Assembly: GCA_015478645.1 (NCBI GenBank)
Contig: JADMIL010000006.1
Location: forward strand, 29,609 to 93,608
DNA: 64,000 nucleotides
Source: Candidatus Binataceae bacterium
Lineage (GTDB): Bacteria; Desulfobacterota; Binatia; Binatales; Binataceae
Direction of reading: 5' to 3'
A model generated the notes under the pieces. The model was not told the origin of the DNA and ran no database searches. It saw only the letters and a list, made by a program, of their open reading frames with translations. Shown here one piece after another: positions 9,472-18,991 of this stretch; the stretch's first letter is position 1, and each line of letters begins with the position of its first letter. The position numbers and the translations under genes were made by a program.

Positions 9472-10197
9472 ATGAACGCCTCAGCAATTAACGCTTCAGC
9501 AATTAACGCTTCAGTAATAATTGTGGCGGCCGGCAGCGGCACGCGCCTGGGCTTCGACGCACCGAAGGCTTTCGTCGAGCTCGCCGGACGATCGCTGCTC
9601 GGCTGGACGCTCAGGACGATCGCCGCGGTGCCCGCGATTGACGAGGCGGTGATCGCCGTGCCCGAGGGGATGGAGGCGCGGGCGCGCATCGAGGTAATCG
9701 CCGCCGGCCTCGAGATTCCAGTCAAGCTGACGCCGGGCGGCGCCGAGCGGCAGGATTCGGTGCGCCACGCGCTGGCGCTGACCAGCGCCGCGGCCGCGAT
9801 CGTGGTGGTGCATGACGCGGCGCGGCCATTCGCCACGCCCGCGATGTTTGCCGCGACGATCGCGGCGGCGGCGCGCGCGGGCGGCGCGATCGCCGCGATT
9901 GCACTGGCCGATACGCTCAAGCGCGCGGCGGCCGACGGGCGGACGATCGCGGCGACGATCGCGCGCGCCGGACTATGGCAGGCGCAGACCCCGCAGGCCT
10001 TTCGGCGCGAGTTGCTGAATGCGGCTCATGCGCGCGCGGTGCGTGAAGCGATCGCCGCGACCGACGACGCCGATCTGGTCGAGCGCTGCGGCGGCGTGGT
10101 CGAGCTGATCGAAGCCTCGGCGCTGAATTTCAAGATTACGACCGCCGCCGATTTCAGGCTGGCCGCGGCGCTGGCGAGGTCCCAAGCCCCTCATTGA
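9472..10197 (+). CDS. ispD: 2-C-methyl-D-erythritol 4-phosphate cytidylyltransferase
   Basis: VIIVAAGSGTRLGFDAPKAFVEL...VHDAARPF...QTPQAFR. The N-terminus carries a 15-bp tandem repeat (NASAINASAINAS). Confidence 0.88.
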   Translation: MNASAINASAINASVIIVAAGSGTRLGFDAPKAFVELAGRSLLGWTLRTIAAVPAIDEAVIAVPEGMEARARIEVIAAGLEIPVKLTPGGAERQDSVRHALALTSAAAAIVVVHDAARPFATPAMFAATIAAAARAGGAIAAIALADTLKRAAADGRTIAATIARAGLWQAQTPQAFRRELLNAAHARAVREAIAATDDADLVERCGGVVELIEASALNFKITTAADFRLAAALARSQAPH

Positions 10198-10996
10198 GCG
10201 AGCCCGAGCGGAAACCCTTCAGATCGACTGTCACATAGCGGAAGCCAAACTTTTTCAACTCGCGATCGACCGTCTCGCGCGTCGCCGGTTCGAGCAGGCG
10301 CGCTACCTCGCTCGCTTCGACCTCGAGGCGCGCGACCTCACCGTGATAGCGCACGCGCGCCACGCGAAAGCCCAGCGCATGAAGCAGCCGCTCGCCCCGC
10401 TCGACCATTTGCAGGCCCGCCGGCGTGATCTGCATGCCGTAGGGGAAGCGCGACGACAGGCAGGGCGACGCCGCGCGATCCCAGGTCGGCAGGCCGAGCG
10501 CCCGCGACAGCTCGCGCACGTCAGCCTTGGTCAGCTCGGCCTCGACCAGCGGATGGCGCACGCTTTGCTCGGTCGCGGCCTGGATACCGGGACGATAATC
10601 GTTGAGGTCGTCAAGGTTGAGACCGTCGGCGATCTCGTCGATACCGAGTTCGCGCGCCTTGGCCACGCATACGGTGAATAGGTTGTGCTTGCAGAGGTAG
10701 CATCGGTTGAGCGGATTTTGGGCGTAGCCCGGAATCTCGAGCTCGTTCGATTCGATCACCAGATGGCGCGCGCCGATCAGCCGGCCCATCTCGAGCGCCG
10801 AGAGCCGATCGTCGTCGGGCATGGTCGGCGAAGTGGTGGTCAGGGCGAGCACGCGAGCGCCGAGCGCGTCGCAGGCCGCCTTGAGCACAAAGGTCGAATC
10901 GACGCCGCCGGAAAACGCGACCATCAGGGAGCGCATCGGGCGGAAGATCTCGCTCAGACGCGCGAGCTTTTGTTCGAGCGGATTTTTCATGATCAA
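10154..10996 (-). CDS. PP-loop ATP-pyrophosphatase, LarE / TIGR00268-like sulfur-transferase family
   Basis: PP-loop VAFSGGVDSTF plus the NRCYLCKHNLF cysteine motif. Its 3' end overlaps the convergent ispD 3' end by 44 bp. Confidence 0.65.
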   Translation of the reverse strand: MIMKNPLEQKLARLSEIFRPMRSLMVAFSGGVDSTFVLKAACDALGARVLALTTTSPTMPDDDRLSALEMGRLIGARHLVIESNELEIPGYAQNPLNRCYLCKHNLFTVCVAKARELGIDEIADGLNLDDLNDYRPGIQAATEQSVRHPLVEAELTKADVRELSRALGLPTWDRAASPCLSSRFPYGMQITPAGLQMVERGERLLHALGFRVARVRYHGEVARLEVEASEVARLLEPATRETVDRELKKFGFRYVTVDLKGFRSGSLNEGLGTSPAPRPA

Positions 10997-11027
10997 GGCT
11001 GGCGGAATTGATCGCGCATGCGGCGCG

Positions 11028-11963
11028 TCAAATGCCCTCGGCCTGGAACAGATCGGTCGTCAGATAGCGCTCGCCGGTATCGCAGAACACCACGACGACG
11101 ATTTTGCCGCGGCCCAGCCGCTTAGCAATCTGCAGCGCGGCACAACAATTGGCGCCCGACGAGATGCCGACCAGCAGGCCCTCTTCGCGCGCGAGGCGGC
11201 GCGAGTAGCGGGTCGCGTCCTCGTCGCTGACGGCGATCACTTCATCGTAAATTTTGGTGTCGAGATTTTCCGGGACGAAGCCGGCGCCGATGCCCTGGAT
11301 TTTATGGAAGCCGGCTTCGCCGCCTTCGAGCACGGGCGAGCTTTTGGGCTCGACCGCGACGATCAGCGGACGATTCTTCAGATGTTCGCGCAGGTAGCGG
11401 CCGACGCCGCTGATCGTGCCGCCGGTGCCGACGCCCGAGATGAACGCGTCGATCTGGTCGAGCTGTTCCATCAGCTCGGGACCGGTATGCGCGTAATGTG
11501 CCTCGGGGTTGGCCGAATTGCTGAATTGCTGCGGCATGTAGTAGCCCGGATTGGCGCGCACCAACTCCTCGGCCTTGGCGATCGCACCGTGCATCCCGCG
11601 CGTATCCGGGGTCAGCACGAGCTTGGCGCCGTAGGCGGCGAGCAGCGAGCGGCGCTCCTCGCTCATGGTGTCGGGCATGGTCAGGATGAGGCTGTAGCCT
11701 TTGACCGCGCAGACCAGGGCGAGGCCGATGCCGGTGTTGCCGGAGGTCGGCTCGACGATCGTGTCACCGGGCTTGAGGCGCCCTTCGCGTTCGGCCTTTT
11801 CGACCATCGCCAGACAGATGCGATCCTTGACGCTGCCGCCCGGATTGTAGTTTTCGAGCTTGGCCCAGACCTCGGCGTCGTCCTTGCCCGGCAGACGATT
11901 GAGCCGGACCACCGGAGTATGGCCCACGAGTTCCAACGGTGTATGCGCAACGCTGATCGGCAT
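11028..11963 (-). CDS. cysK: Cysteine synthase A (O-acetylserine sulfhydrylase)
   Basis: Start at ATG 11961-11963 ([21 protein letters not shown]). PLP-lysine motif [14 protein letters not shown], then [10 protein letters not shown] and [10 protein letters not shown]. Confidence 0.92.
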   Translation of the reverse strand: MPISVAHTPLELVGHTPVVRLNRLPGKDDAEVWAKLENYNPGGSVKDRICLAMVEKAEREGRLKPGDTIVEPTSGNTGIGLALVCAVKGYSLILTMPDTMSEERRSLLAAYGAKLVLTPDTRGMHGAIAKAEELVRANPGYYMPQQFSNSANPEAHYAHTGPELMEQLDQIDAFISGVGTGGTISGVGRYLREHLKNRPLIVAVEPKSSPVLEGGEAGFHKIQGIGAGFVPENLDTKIYDEVIAVSDEDATRYSRRLAREEGLLVGISSGANCCAALQIAKRLGRGKIVVVVFCDTGERYLTTDLFQAEGI

Positions 11964-12072
11964 GGCGGCAATTCTAACCCGATTACAGCCACCGTTGCGA
12001 CAGATGCGAATGCGGATAAAGTTGCTCGAACCTCCCCGCGCCACGAGCGGACGATGAATCGATGATAGAACG

Positions 12073-13065
12073 GTGATGGTGGATCAGGCGGACTTAAGCG
12101 GCGGGCGCATGCTGATAATCTTTCCGGGCGCGCTCGGCGATCTGATCTGCGCGGCGCCGGCGATGCGCGCGCTGGCCCGGCGTCATGCTGATGCGACGGT
12201 CGATTTCATGGCGCGGGCGGAACTCGCGCGCTTCGCGGCGGAGCATCGCGTCGCGGCGCGCGGCCATTCTCGCGCCTATTCGATCGACCGGCGCGAGGTC
12301 GCCCAATTGTTCGATGCCGCAAGGCCGATCGCGGCCGAGGCGCGCGCATTCTTTGGGGCATTCGCCCAGGTCTATTCGTTTTTCGCCGCCGCCGATGCGG
12401 GTTTTCGCGACGCGCTCGCGGCGGCCACCGCGGGCCGCGCGACCTGCTACCCGTTTCGGCCACCGGGCCTCGATCACGTCGCCATTGGCTACCTGCGCGC
12501 GATCGGCGCCGACTCCGCCGCTGCGCCGGTGTGGACCGTCGAGTTGCGCGACGATCAACTCGCCAGGGCCGCCGCACGACTTGCCGCGGCCGGTCTGGAG
12601 CCGCACAATTTTCTCTTGATCCTGCCGGGCAGTGGCAGCCCGGCGAAGAACTGGCCGGCGGAGAGCTTCGCCGCCGTAACCGATTCGCTGGTCCCGCGGA
12701 TGCGCCCGCTGGTCATCCTCGGACCCGCCGAGGAGGCAATCGCTCCGATTTTTGCCGCGCGCGGACTGGCAATCATGCGCGAACTGGAATTGGGCGAAGT
12801 CGCCGCAATCGCGCGGCTGGCATCCGGCTTTATCGGCAACGATTCCGGCGTGACCCATCTGGCGGCGGCGGCCGGTGCGCCGGGAATCGCGATCTTCGGG
12901 CCGACCGATCCGGAGCGCTGGCGTCCGATCGGCCGGGTGATCGTGATGCGGCACGTGCCGCTCGCTATGCTGGAAGTCGGCGCGGTCGCCGTGCGCCTGG
13001 CGGCGGTGATCGCCGAAAGCTTGCCGGATGGCCCCGCGCAGGTGCGGCAGAGCGGCGAAAAATGA
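12073..13065 (+). CDS. Glycosyltransferase family 9 (heptosyltransferase-like)
   Basis: [21 protein letters not shown] ... [17 protein letters not shown] ... [31 protein letters not shown]. The start may instead be at 12109. Confidence 0.8.
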   Translation: MMVDQADLSGGRMLIIFPGALGDLICAAPAMRALARRHADATVDFMARAELARFAAEHRVAARGHSRAYSIDRREVAQLFDAARPIAAEARAFFGAFAQVYSFFAAADAGFRDALAAATAGRATCYPFRPPGLDHVAIGYLRAIGADSAAAPVWTVELRDDQLARAAARLAAAGLEPHNFLLILPGSGSPAKNWPAESFAAVTDSLVPRMRPLVILGPAEEAIAPIFAARGLAIMRELELGEVAAIARLASGFIGNDSGVTHLAAAAGAPGIAIFGPTDPERWRPIGRVIVMRHVPLAMLEVGAVAVRLAAVIAESLPDGPAQVRQSGEK

Positions 13066-13214
13066 TTAGAATGGGAGATGAATAGGGCGCAGACTGGGAT
13101 CGTTGATCGATATACTGACGAAAGGTAGGTAAAGACGGCGGCCGTCGGACCTAAAGCCAAAACCAATTCCGGTTTTCAGGCAATCGCCCAGACGCGCCCG
13201 CCGCATATAGATTT

Positions 13215-14072
13215 ATGTCGACTATGCTCAAAACAACCTTCCTGATGGGCCTGATGACCGGCTTGATCATCCTGATTGGCGGGATGTTGCACGGGCGCGG
13301 CGGGATGGAGATCGCGTTCGTCTTCGCCGTCGGAATGAACTTCTTCAGCTACTGGTTCTCGGACAAGATGGTCTTGCGCGCCTACAAGGCGCAACCGCTC
13401 GACGCCTCGAGCGCGCCCGATCTGTATGCGATCGTCAACGAGCTAGCGACTTCGGCGGGCATCCCGATGCCGAAGCTCTACCTGATCGACAACGACACGC
13501 CTAACGCCTTTGCCACCGGCCGCAACCCCAAACATGCGGCGGTCGCGGTCACGCGCGGGATCATGCGGATTTGCACGCGCGAGGAGTTGAAAGGCGTTAT
13601 CGGGCACGAGTTGTCGCACGTCATCAATCGCGACATCCTGACCAGCTCGATCGCGGCGACGATGGCCGGCGTGATCATGATGATCGGGACGATGGTGCGC
13701 TGGGGCGCGCTGCTGGGCGGCTTTGGCGGGCGCGACGACGAAAATCGCGGCGGCGCGCTCGGGCTGCTCTTCATGGCGATCCTGGCGCCGGTCGCGGCGA
13801 CGCTGATTCAGCTCGCGATCTCGCGCACGCGCGAGTACCAGGCCGACGCGAGCGGCGCGCATCTGACGCATAATCCGCTGCTGCTGGCCAACGCGCTGCG
13901 CAAACTCGAATCGGCCAACGAGCGGATGCCGCTGTCGGACGCGACGCCCGCCACGGCGCATATGTTTATCGTCAATCCGCTCAGTGCGGGCGGTCTGTCG
14001 CGGCTGTTCTCAACCCATCCGCCGATCGAAGAGCGGATCCGGCGGCTCGAGCAGATGGCGCATAACGGATAA
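13215..14072 (+). CDS. htpX: Membrane zinc metalloprotease HtpX (M48)
   Basis: [14 protein letters not shown] motif [31 protein letters not shown]. Confidence 0.93.
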   Translation: MSTMLKTTFLMGLMTGLIILIGGMLHGRGGMEIAFVFAVGMNFFSYWFSDKMVLRAYKAQPLDASSAPDLYAIVNELATSAGIPMPKLYLIDNDTPNAFATGRNPKHAAVAVTRGIMRICTREELKGVIGHELSHVINRDILTSSIAATMAGVIMMIGTMVRWGALLGGFGGRDDENRGGALGLLFMAILAPVAATLIQLAISRTREYQADASGAHLTHNPLLLANALRKLESANERMPLSDATPATAHMFIVNPLSAGGLSRLFSTHPPIEERIRRLEQMAHNG

Positions 14073-14094
14073 TCGCCTCACGGATAACCGATAG

Positions 14095-14697
14095 ATGGCA
14101 AACGAAGAAGAAAAATCGCCGGGTTTCAAGGTCAACGATCGCCGCCGCTTTTCCGCCGAGGGCGACCTCAAGCCGGAGTTTCGCGGGGATGACGAGGCGC
14201 CCGCCGCGGCCAAGCCGGGCGATACGGTCGCCGACGCCAACGCGCCCAGCGATGCGGACGCGGTCGATGCGGCTCTGCACAGCGCCGCCGAGCACGCCGG
14301 TCATGCGGATGCCGGGCACGCGCACCATGATGCCGCGCACGGTCATCCACATGTTCACGCTGATCACGATGATCATGCAGATCACGCGGCGCATCCGCAC
14401 GAACCTTTGGGGCATGCGCATCACCCGGGCGAGCCGGCAGCCCCGGAGCTGAGCTTCGGCACCTTCCTGGTCGGACTCTCGACCCAGGCGCTGGTGCTGC
14501 TCGGGGATATCGTCGATCCGCAGACCGGCGAAGCGATGCAGGATTTGCGCGGGGCGGAGCAGCTAATCGACATTATCGGGATGCTTCGCGAAAAGACTCG
14601 TGGCAATCTCGATCGCGACGAGGCTCAACTGATCGAGGCGGTGCTCTACGAACTGCGCATGAAGTACGTTGAGCGCGCCCGGCAGGCGCCGCGCTAG
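14095..14697 (+). CDS. DUF1844-domain protein with a ~50-aa His-rich insertion
   Basis: The C-terminal FGTFLVGLSTQALVLLG...DLRGAEQLIDIIGMLREKTRGNLDRDEAQLIEAVLYELRMKY matches my recollection of DUF1844. The mid-region reads HSAAEHAGHADAGHAHHDAAHGHPHVHADHDDHADHAAHPHEPLGHAHH. Confidence 0.7.
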   Translation: MANEEEKSPGFKVNDRRRFSAEGDLKPEFRGDDEAPAAAKPGDTVADANAPSDADAVDAALHSAAEHAGHADAGHAHHDAAHGHPHVHADHDDHADHAAHPHEPLGHAHHPGEPAAPELSFGTFLVGLSTQALVLLGDIVDPQTGEAMQDLRGAEQLIDIIGMLREKTRGNLDRDEAQLIEAVLYELRMKYVERARQAPR

Positions 14698-14806
14698 AGC
14701 AATCGCCGAGGGCGCGGCGCGCGCGGATACGGCGGGCGCTCGATGGCCGTCGCGACGCAGGGTAGCAGACGCCCCAACACGGGTAGTCCGCCGGAACTTC
14801 ATCAGG

Positions 14807-16384
14807 ATGCTGCGCGAGCCGGGATTTGAATGGCGAGTGGCCGGGGTCGCGGCGAGTCTCGCGCTGATGCTGGCCTCGAGCGGTGCGGCGCCGGCGAATT
14901 GCGCCGGGGCGTCCACGGCAAATCCCGCCGGAAATTCCGTCGCCCGCGCCACCGAATCGCGCGCGCCGACGGTCCCGGGCGCGATCATCACCGCGAATCA
15001 ATTATGGAGTGCGCGGCCGGCCGGGCGCATCGGCAAGGCCGCGACGCTACCCGATTTCGTTGCGCTGGCGGCGCAACTGTCGCCGGCGGTGGTCAATATC
15101 TCGACCGAGCAGAAGGTCGATGCGGGGGGCGCCACGACCGACCCCGACGGCGGCTCCGACAGTAATCCGGACCGCAACAGCGACCCATTCGATCGCTTCG
15201 GCCAGCCGTTCGAGCGCTACGACCTGCCCCATCCGCACAGTCTCGGCTCAGGCTTTATCATCAATTCGGCGGGCTATATCCTGACCAACGATCACGTGGT
15301 CGAAGACGGCGGTCCGACGGTGGTGACGCTGCGCGACGGCCATGAATATACCGCGCGCGTGATCGGGCAGGACTCGCGATCGGATATCGCGCTAATCAAG
15401 ATCGACGCGCCGCATCGTCTGCCGGTCGCGCCGCTGGGCGATTCCGACACGGTGCGGGTGGGGCAATGGGTAATCGCGATCGGCAATCCGTTTGGCTTCG
15501 ACCATTCGGTGACGGCCGGAATCGTGAGCGCGAAGGGCCGCTTTATTCCGGGCAATTTCGACGACTATATCCAGACCGACGCGTCGATCAATCCGGGCAA
15601 TTCGGGCGGCCCGCTGATCGATCTGCGGGGCGCGGTGGTCGGCGTCAATTCGGCGATCTATACGCGCACCGGCGCCAGCATGGGGATCGGTTTTGCGATT
15701 CCGGTCAACCTGGTCAAGCAGGAATTGCCGCAGATGCTGAGCCGCGGCAAGGTGGTGCGCGGATGGCTCGGGGTCTATATCGAGCCGGTCTCGGAGGCCG
15801 AGGCGCAGGCGGCGGGACTCGATCCGCCGCACGGCGCGATGGTCAACGAGGTGCTCGACGACAGTCCGGCGGCGCGGGCCGGGCTGCGGCATGGCGACAT
15901 CGTCGTGGGCTTTGACGGTCATGAAATCGGCACCGCGCAGGAGCTGCCGCTGATGGTCGGCACGGTGCCGGTCGGCCACGACGCGACGCTGACCGTAATC
16001 CGGGGCCGGACGGCGCGGCGGATCGCGCTCGTGATCATGCCGTCGCACGAGGAGCAACTGGCCCGGGCCGATGCCGCGGCGTCGGCGGCCGGCGATCCCG
16101 AAGCGTTCGGCCTGACGGTCAAGGACCTCAGTCCGGCCCTGGCACACGAACTCAAGCTCGATGACGCCAGCGGCGTGGTGATCGACGGGGTCGATGCCGG
16201 CAGCCGGGCCGCGGCGGCGGGCCTGCGCGCGCGCGACGTGATCCTGTCAGTCGATCGGCGCGCGGTCGGCACGGTGAGTGCGTTCGACCTGGCGCTGGGA
16301 ACCGCCGCGCCGGATCGGGTGGTGCTGTTGCTCATCCGGCGCGACAAGGGCACGCTGTTTATCCCCTTGCGCCGCCGGGATTGA
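14807..16384 (+). CDS. Periplasmic serine endoprotease DegP/HtrA with two PDZ domains
   Basis: Start at ATG 14807. Catalytic triad contexts TNDHVV, DIALIKI and GNSGGPL, followed by two PDZ-like segments. Confidence 0.9.
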   Translation: MLREPGFEWRVAGVAASLALMLASSGAAPANCAGASTANPAGNSVARATESRAPTVPGAIITANQLWSARPAGRIGKAATLPDFVALAAQLSPAVVNISTEQKVDAGGATTDPDGGSDSNPDRNSDPFDRFGQPFERYDLPHPHSLGSGFIINSAGYILTNDHVVEDGGPTVVTLRDGHEYTARVIGQDSRSDIALIKIDAPHRLPVAPLGDSDTVRVGQWVIAIGNPFGFDHSVTAGIVSAKGRFIPGNFDDYIQTDASINPGNSGGPLIDLRGAVVGVNSAIYTRTGASMGIGFAIPVNLVKQELPQMLSRGKVVRGWLGVYIEPVSEAEAQAAGLDPPHGAMVNEVLDDSPAARAGLRHGDIVVGFDGHEIGTAQELPLMVGTVPVGHDATLTVIRGRTARRIALVIMPSHEEQLARADAAASAAGDPEAFGLTVKDLSPALAHELKLDDASGVVIDGVDAGSRAAAAGLRARDVILSVDRRAVGTVSAFDLALGTAAPDRVVLLLIRRDKGTLFIPLRRRD

Positions 16385-16422
16385 GGCGCGGGGCATCACG
16401 GACGCGCGGCGGCGGCTTAGCC

Positions 16423-18861
16423 ATGCAACTTGGGCGGACGATAAAATTCGGACTGATCGGCCTGGGCGCCATCGCGCTGTTTGCGATGGCCCCGCTGGTC
16501 TACAGCTTCATCAATTATTATAACGCGCTGCAGCAAGAGGTGATCACGCGCTTCGCCGGCCAGCGCTGGACGATTCCGTCGCGCATCTATTCCGATTCGA
16601 CGGTCATTTATCCGGGGCAGAAGCTCGGCGATCTGGGCTTTTTCCAGCGCCTGGCGCGGCTTAACTATCATCGCGTGGAGACGCCGGGCGAGGTCGTTGC
16701 GCGCGGCGAATACTCCTACGATCAGAAGCATGGCAGGCTGCTGATCTTCCTGCACAGCTTCGGCTATCCGTACAAGAATTACCCGGGCCAACTGATCGGG
16801 CTCAAGCTCGCCGCCGACGGCACGATCACGGCGATGTACGACGGCATCGGGCACGACCCGATCTATTCGATCGAACTCGAACCGGAACTGCTGGGCGCAA
16901 TCTTCCAGGGCGACTGGGAGCAGCGCCGGCTGGTGCCGATCAGCGAGATTCCGCCGGCCTTCATCGACGCGATCCTGGCCGCCGAGGACCATCGCTTTTA
17001 CGAGCATCACGGCATCGACGTGGTGCGCACGCTCAAGGCCGGATGGATCGATTTCACCACCGGCCACGTGGTCCAGGGCGGATCGACGCTGACCCAGCAG
17101 TTGATGAAGAACTTCTTCCTGACCAGCAAGCGCGACTGGCATCGCAAGGTCAAGGAAGCGCTGATGGCGTATATCGCGGAGCGCCAATACTCGAAGGACG
17201 AGATCCTCGAGAACTACATCAACGATATCTACCTGGGCCAGCGCGGCCAGGAGGGTATCTACGGCATCTGGGAGGCCTCGCAATTCTACTTCTCGAAGGA
17301 TCCGCGCGACTTGACGATCGCCGAGATGGCGACGATCGCCGGCATGATCCGATCGCCCAATCGCTACAATCCGATTCGCCATGCCAACGCCGCCCGCCAG
17401 CGGCGCAACGAAGTACTGTCGGCGATGCTCGCCGACGGCTACGTGAGCAAGGCGGCCTATGACGTGGCGGCGACCGAAGCGCTGCGCGCGCGCGAACCGT
17501 TTCTCGAGACCAACGACGCGCCGTATTTCGTCGACTACGTCAAGCATGAACTGGCCGAGCGCTATCCGGCGACCGTGCTGACCGGCGAGGGTTTGCGGGT
17601 CTTCACCACGCTCGACGTGCATATGCAGAAGGAGGGCGAGCACGCGGTGGTCAACAATCTGGTCAACCTGGAGACCCGGCATCCGTCGCTCAAGCGCAAG
17701 GAAAAAAGCGAGCAGCTCGAGTCGTGCCTGGTCTCGATCGAGCCGCAGACCGGCAAGATCCGCGCGATGGTCGGCGGACGCGACTATCAGCAGAGCCAGT
17801 TCAACCGGGTTACCCAGTCGGTGCGCCAGCCGGGATCGGCCTTCAAGCCGGTGACCTATCTGGCCGCACTGCAGGAGACGCTCGACGGCGGCCCGCAGCA
17901 TTACCTGCCGAGCAGCTATATCGACGACACGCCGTTCACCTGGCAGATCGGCGAGACCTCGTGGACCCCGCGCAACTTCAAGAATCGCTACTTCGGCCGC
18001 GTCACGCTGGAATTCGCCCTCGAGGAGTCGCTCAACTCGGCGACCTCGCGGCTGGCCAACTCGATCGGACTCGACCGGGTGATCGCGATGGGGCAAAAGC
18101 TCGGCTTCGGCAATCTGCCAGCCTATCCGTCGATTATCCTGGGCGGGATCGAGGTCTCGCCGATGCAGCTCGCCAGCGCCTACACCATTTTGGCCAACGA
18201 GGGCCTCGAGGTGCCGCCCTACGCGGTGACTGCGGTGGTTGACAAGAACAACCAGGTGATCGAGGGCCACGAACTCAAGGCCTCCACGGTGCTGTCGCCC
18301 GAACTGGCCTACATGATGGACTACATGCTCGAGCAGGTGATCAATCATGGCACCGGCGAGGGCGCCCGCCGCGCCGGCTTCACGCAGCCGGCCGCCGGCA
18401 AGACCGGCACCACCAACGATTCCGTGGACGCGTGGTTCGCCGGCTTCACGCCCAACCTGCTGTGCGTCGTATGGACCGGGTTCGATCAGAAAGAGGCGCT
18501 CGACCTGACCGGCGCCGACGCGTCCCTGCCGGCGTGGACCAACTATATGAAGGCGGCCAGCGCGTCGCGTCCGGTGCTCGACTTTGCGATGCCCGCGGAC
18601 CTCGTGATGGCGACGGTCGACCCGCTGACCGGCTACCTCGCCGGACCCTACTGTCCGGTGACTGTGCAGGGTATATTCCCGCGCGCGATGGCGCCGACCG
18701 AGACCTGTCCGTTTCATACGGCGGCGGGGTCGGACGCGACGCCAGCCTCGGCCAGCGGTGACGGCGGCGGTGTGCATTGGGAGGCGGTGCCCAACTCGGC
18801 AACCCCTAACGCCGCAACCCCCGACGCCGCAGCTCCCAACCCGCCGACCCCCAACGATTGA
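16423..18861 (+). CDS. Class A penicillin-binding protein (PBP1A-type transglycosylase/transpeptidase)
   Basis: Glycosyltransferase motifs EDHRFYEHHGID, GGSTLTQQL and RKVKEAL. Transpeptidase motifs SAFKP, SLN and KTGTT. N-terminal TM anchor. Confidence 0.93.
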   Translation: MQLGRTIKFGLIGLGAIALFAMAPLVYSFINYYNALQQEVITRFAGQRWTIPSRIYSDSTVIYPGQKLGDLGFFQRLARLNYHRVETPGEVVARGEYSYDQKHGRLLIFLHSFGYPYKNYPGQLIGLKLAADGTITAMYDGIGHDPIYSIELEPELLGAIFQGDWEQRRLVPISEIPPAFIDAILAAEDHRFYEHHGIDVVRTLKAGWIDFTTGHVVQGGSTLTQQLMKNFFLTSKRDWHRKVKEALMAYIAERQYSKDEILENYINDIYLGQRGQEGIYGIWEASQFYFSKDPRDLTIAEMATIAGMIRSPNRYNPIRHANAARQRRNEVLSAMLADGYVSKAAYDVAATEALRAREPFLETNDAPYFVDYVKHELAERYPATVLTGEGLRVFTTLDVHMQKEGEHAVVNNLVNLETRHPSLKRKEKSEQLESCLVSIEPQTGKIRAMVGGRDYQQSQFNRVTQSVRQPGSAFKPVTYLAALQETLDGGPQHYLPSSYIDDTPFTWQIGETSWTPRNFKNRYFGRVTLEFALEESLNSATSRLANSIGLDRVIAMGQKLGFGNLPAYPSIILGGIEVSPMQLASAYTILANEGLEVPPYAVTAVVDKNNQVIEGHELKASTVLSPELAYMMDYMLEQVINHGTGEGARRAGFTQPAAGKTGTTNDSVDAWFAGFTPNLLCVVWTGFDQKEALDLTGADASLPAWTNYMKAASASRPVLDFAMPADLVMATVDPLTGYLAGPYCPVTVQGIFPRAMAPTETCPFHTAAGSDATPASASGDGGGVHWEAVPNSATPNAATPDAAAPNPPTPND

Positions 18862-18991
18862 GCGCGCTGCACCGGCCACGCATCGGATGCGAGGTTGCTG
18901 CGCCAACGTCGCGAACGCGATATTAATATCCGGGCGCGCTTGCGCGGCGAGGGTTGCCCCAAAGCCGTGAGCGCGGCATTTTTATTGGCCG

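Noticed and set aside
16417-18906. 829-aa ORF antisense to the PBP1A gene. Similar long antisense or off-frame ORFs occur at 26805-28715, 19838-21334, 10821-12065, 54812-56107, 37715-39070, 62298-63821, 50092-51438 and 35972-37225.
   Set aside because: The products are Arg/Gly/Ala/Pro-rich low-complexity strings with no recognisable motifs. The opposite strand carries genes with clear catalytic motifs. Long stop-free antisense frames are an expected artefact of roughly 70% G+C and high GC3.
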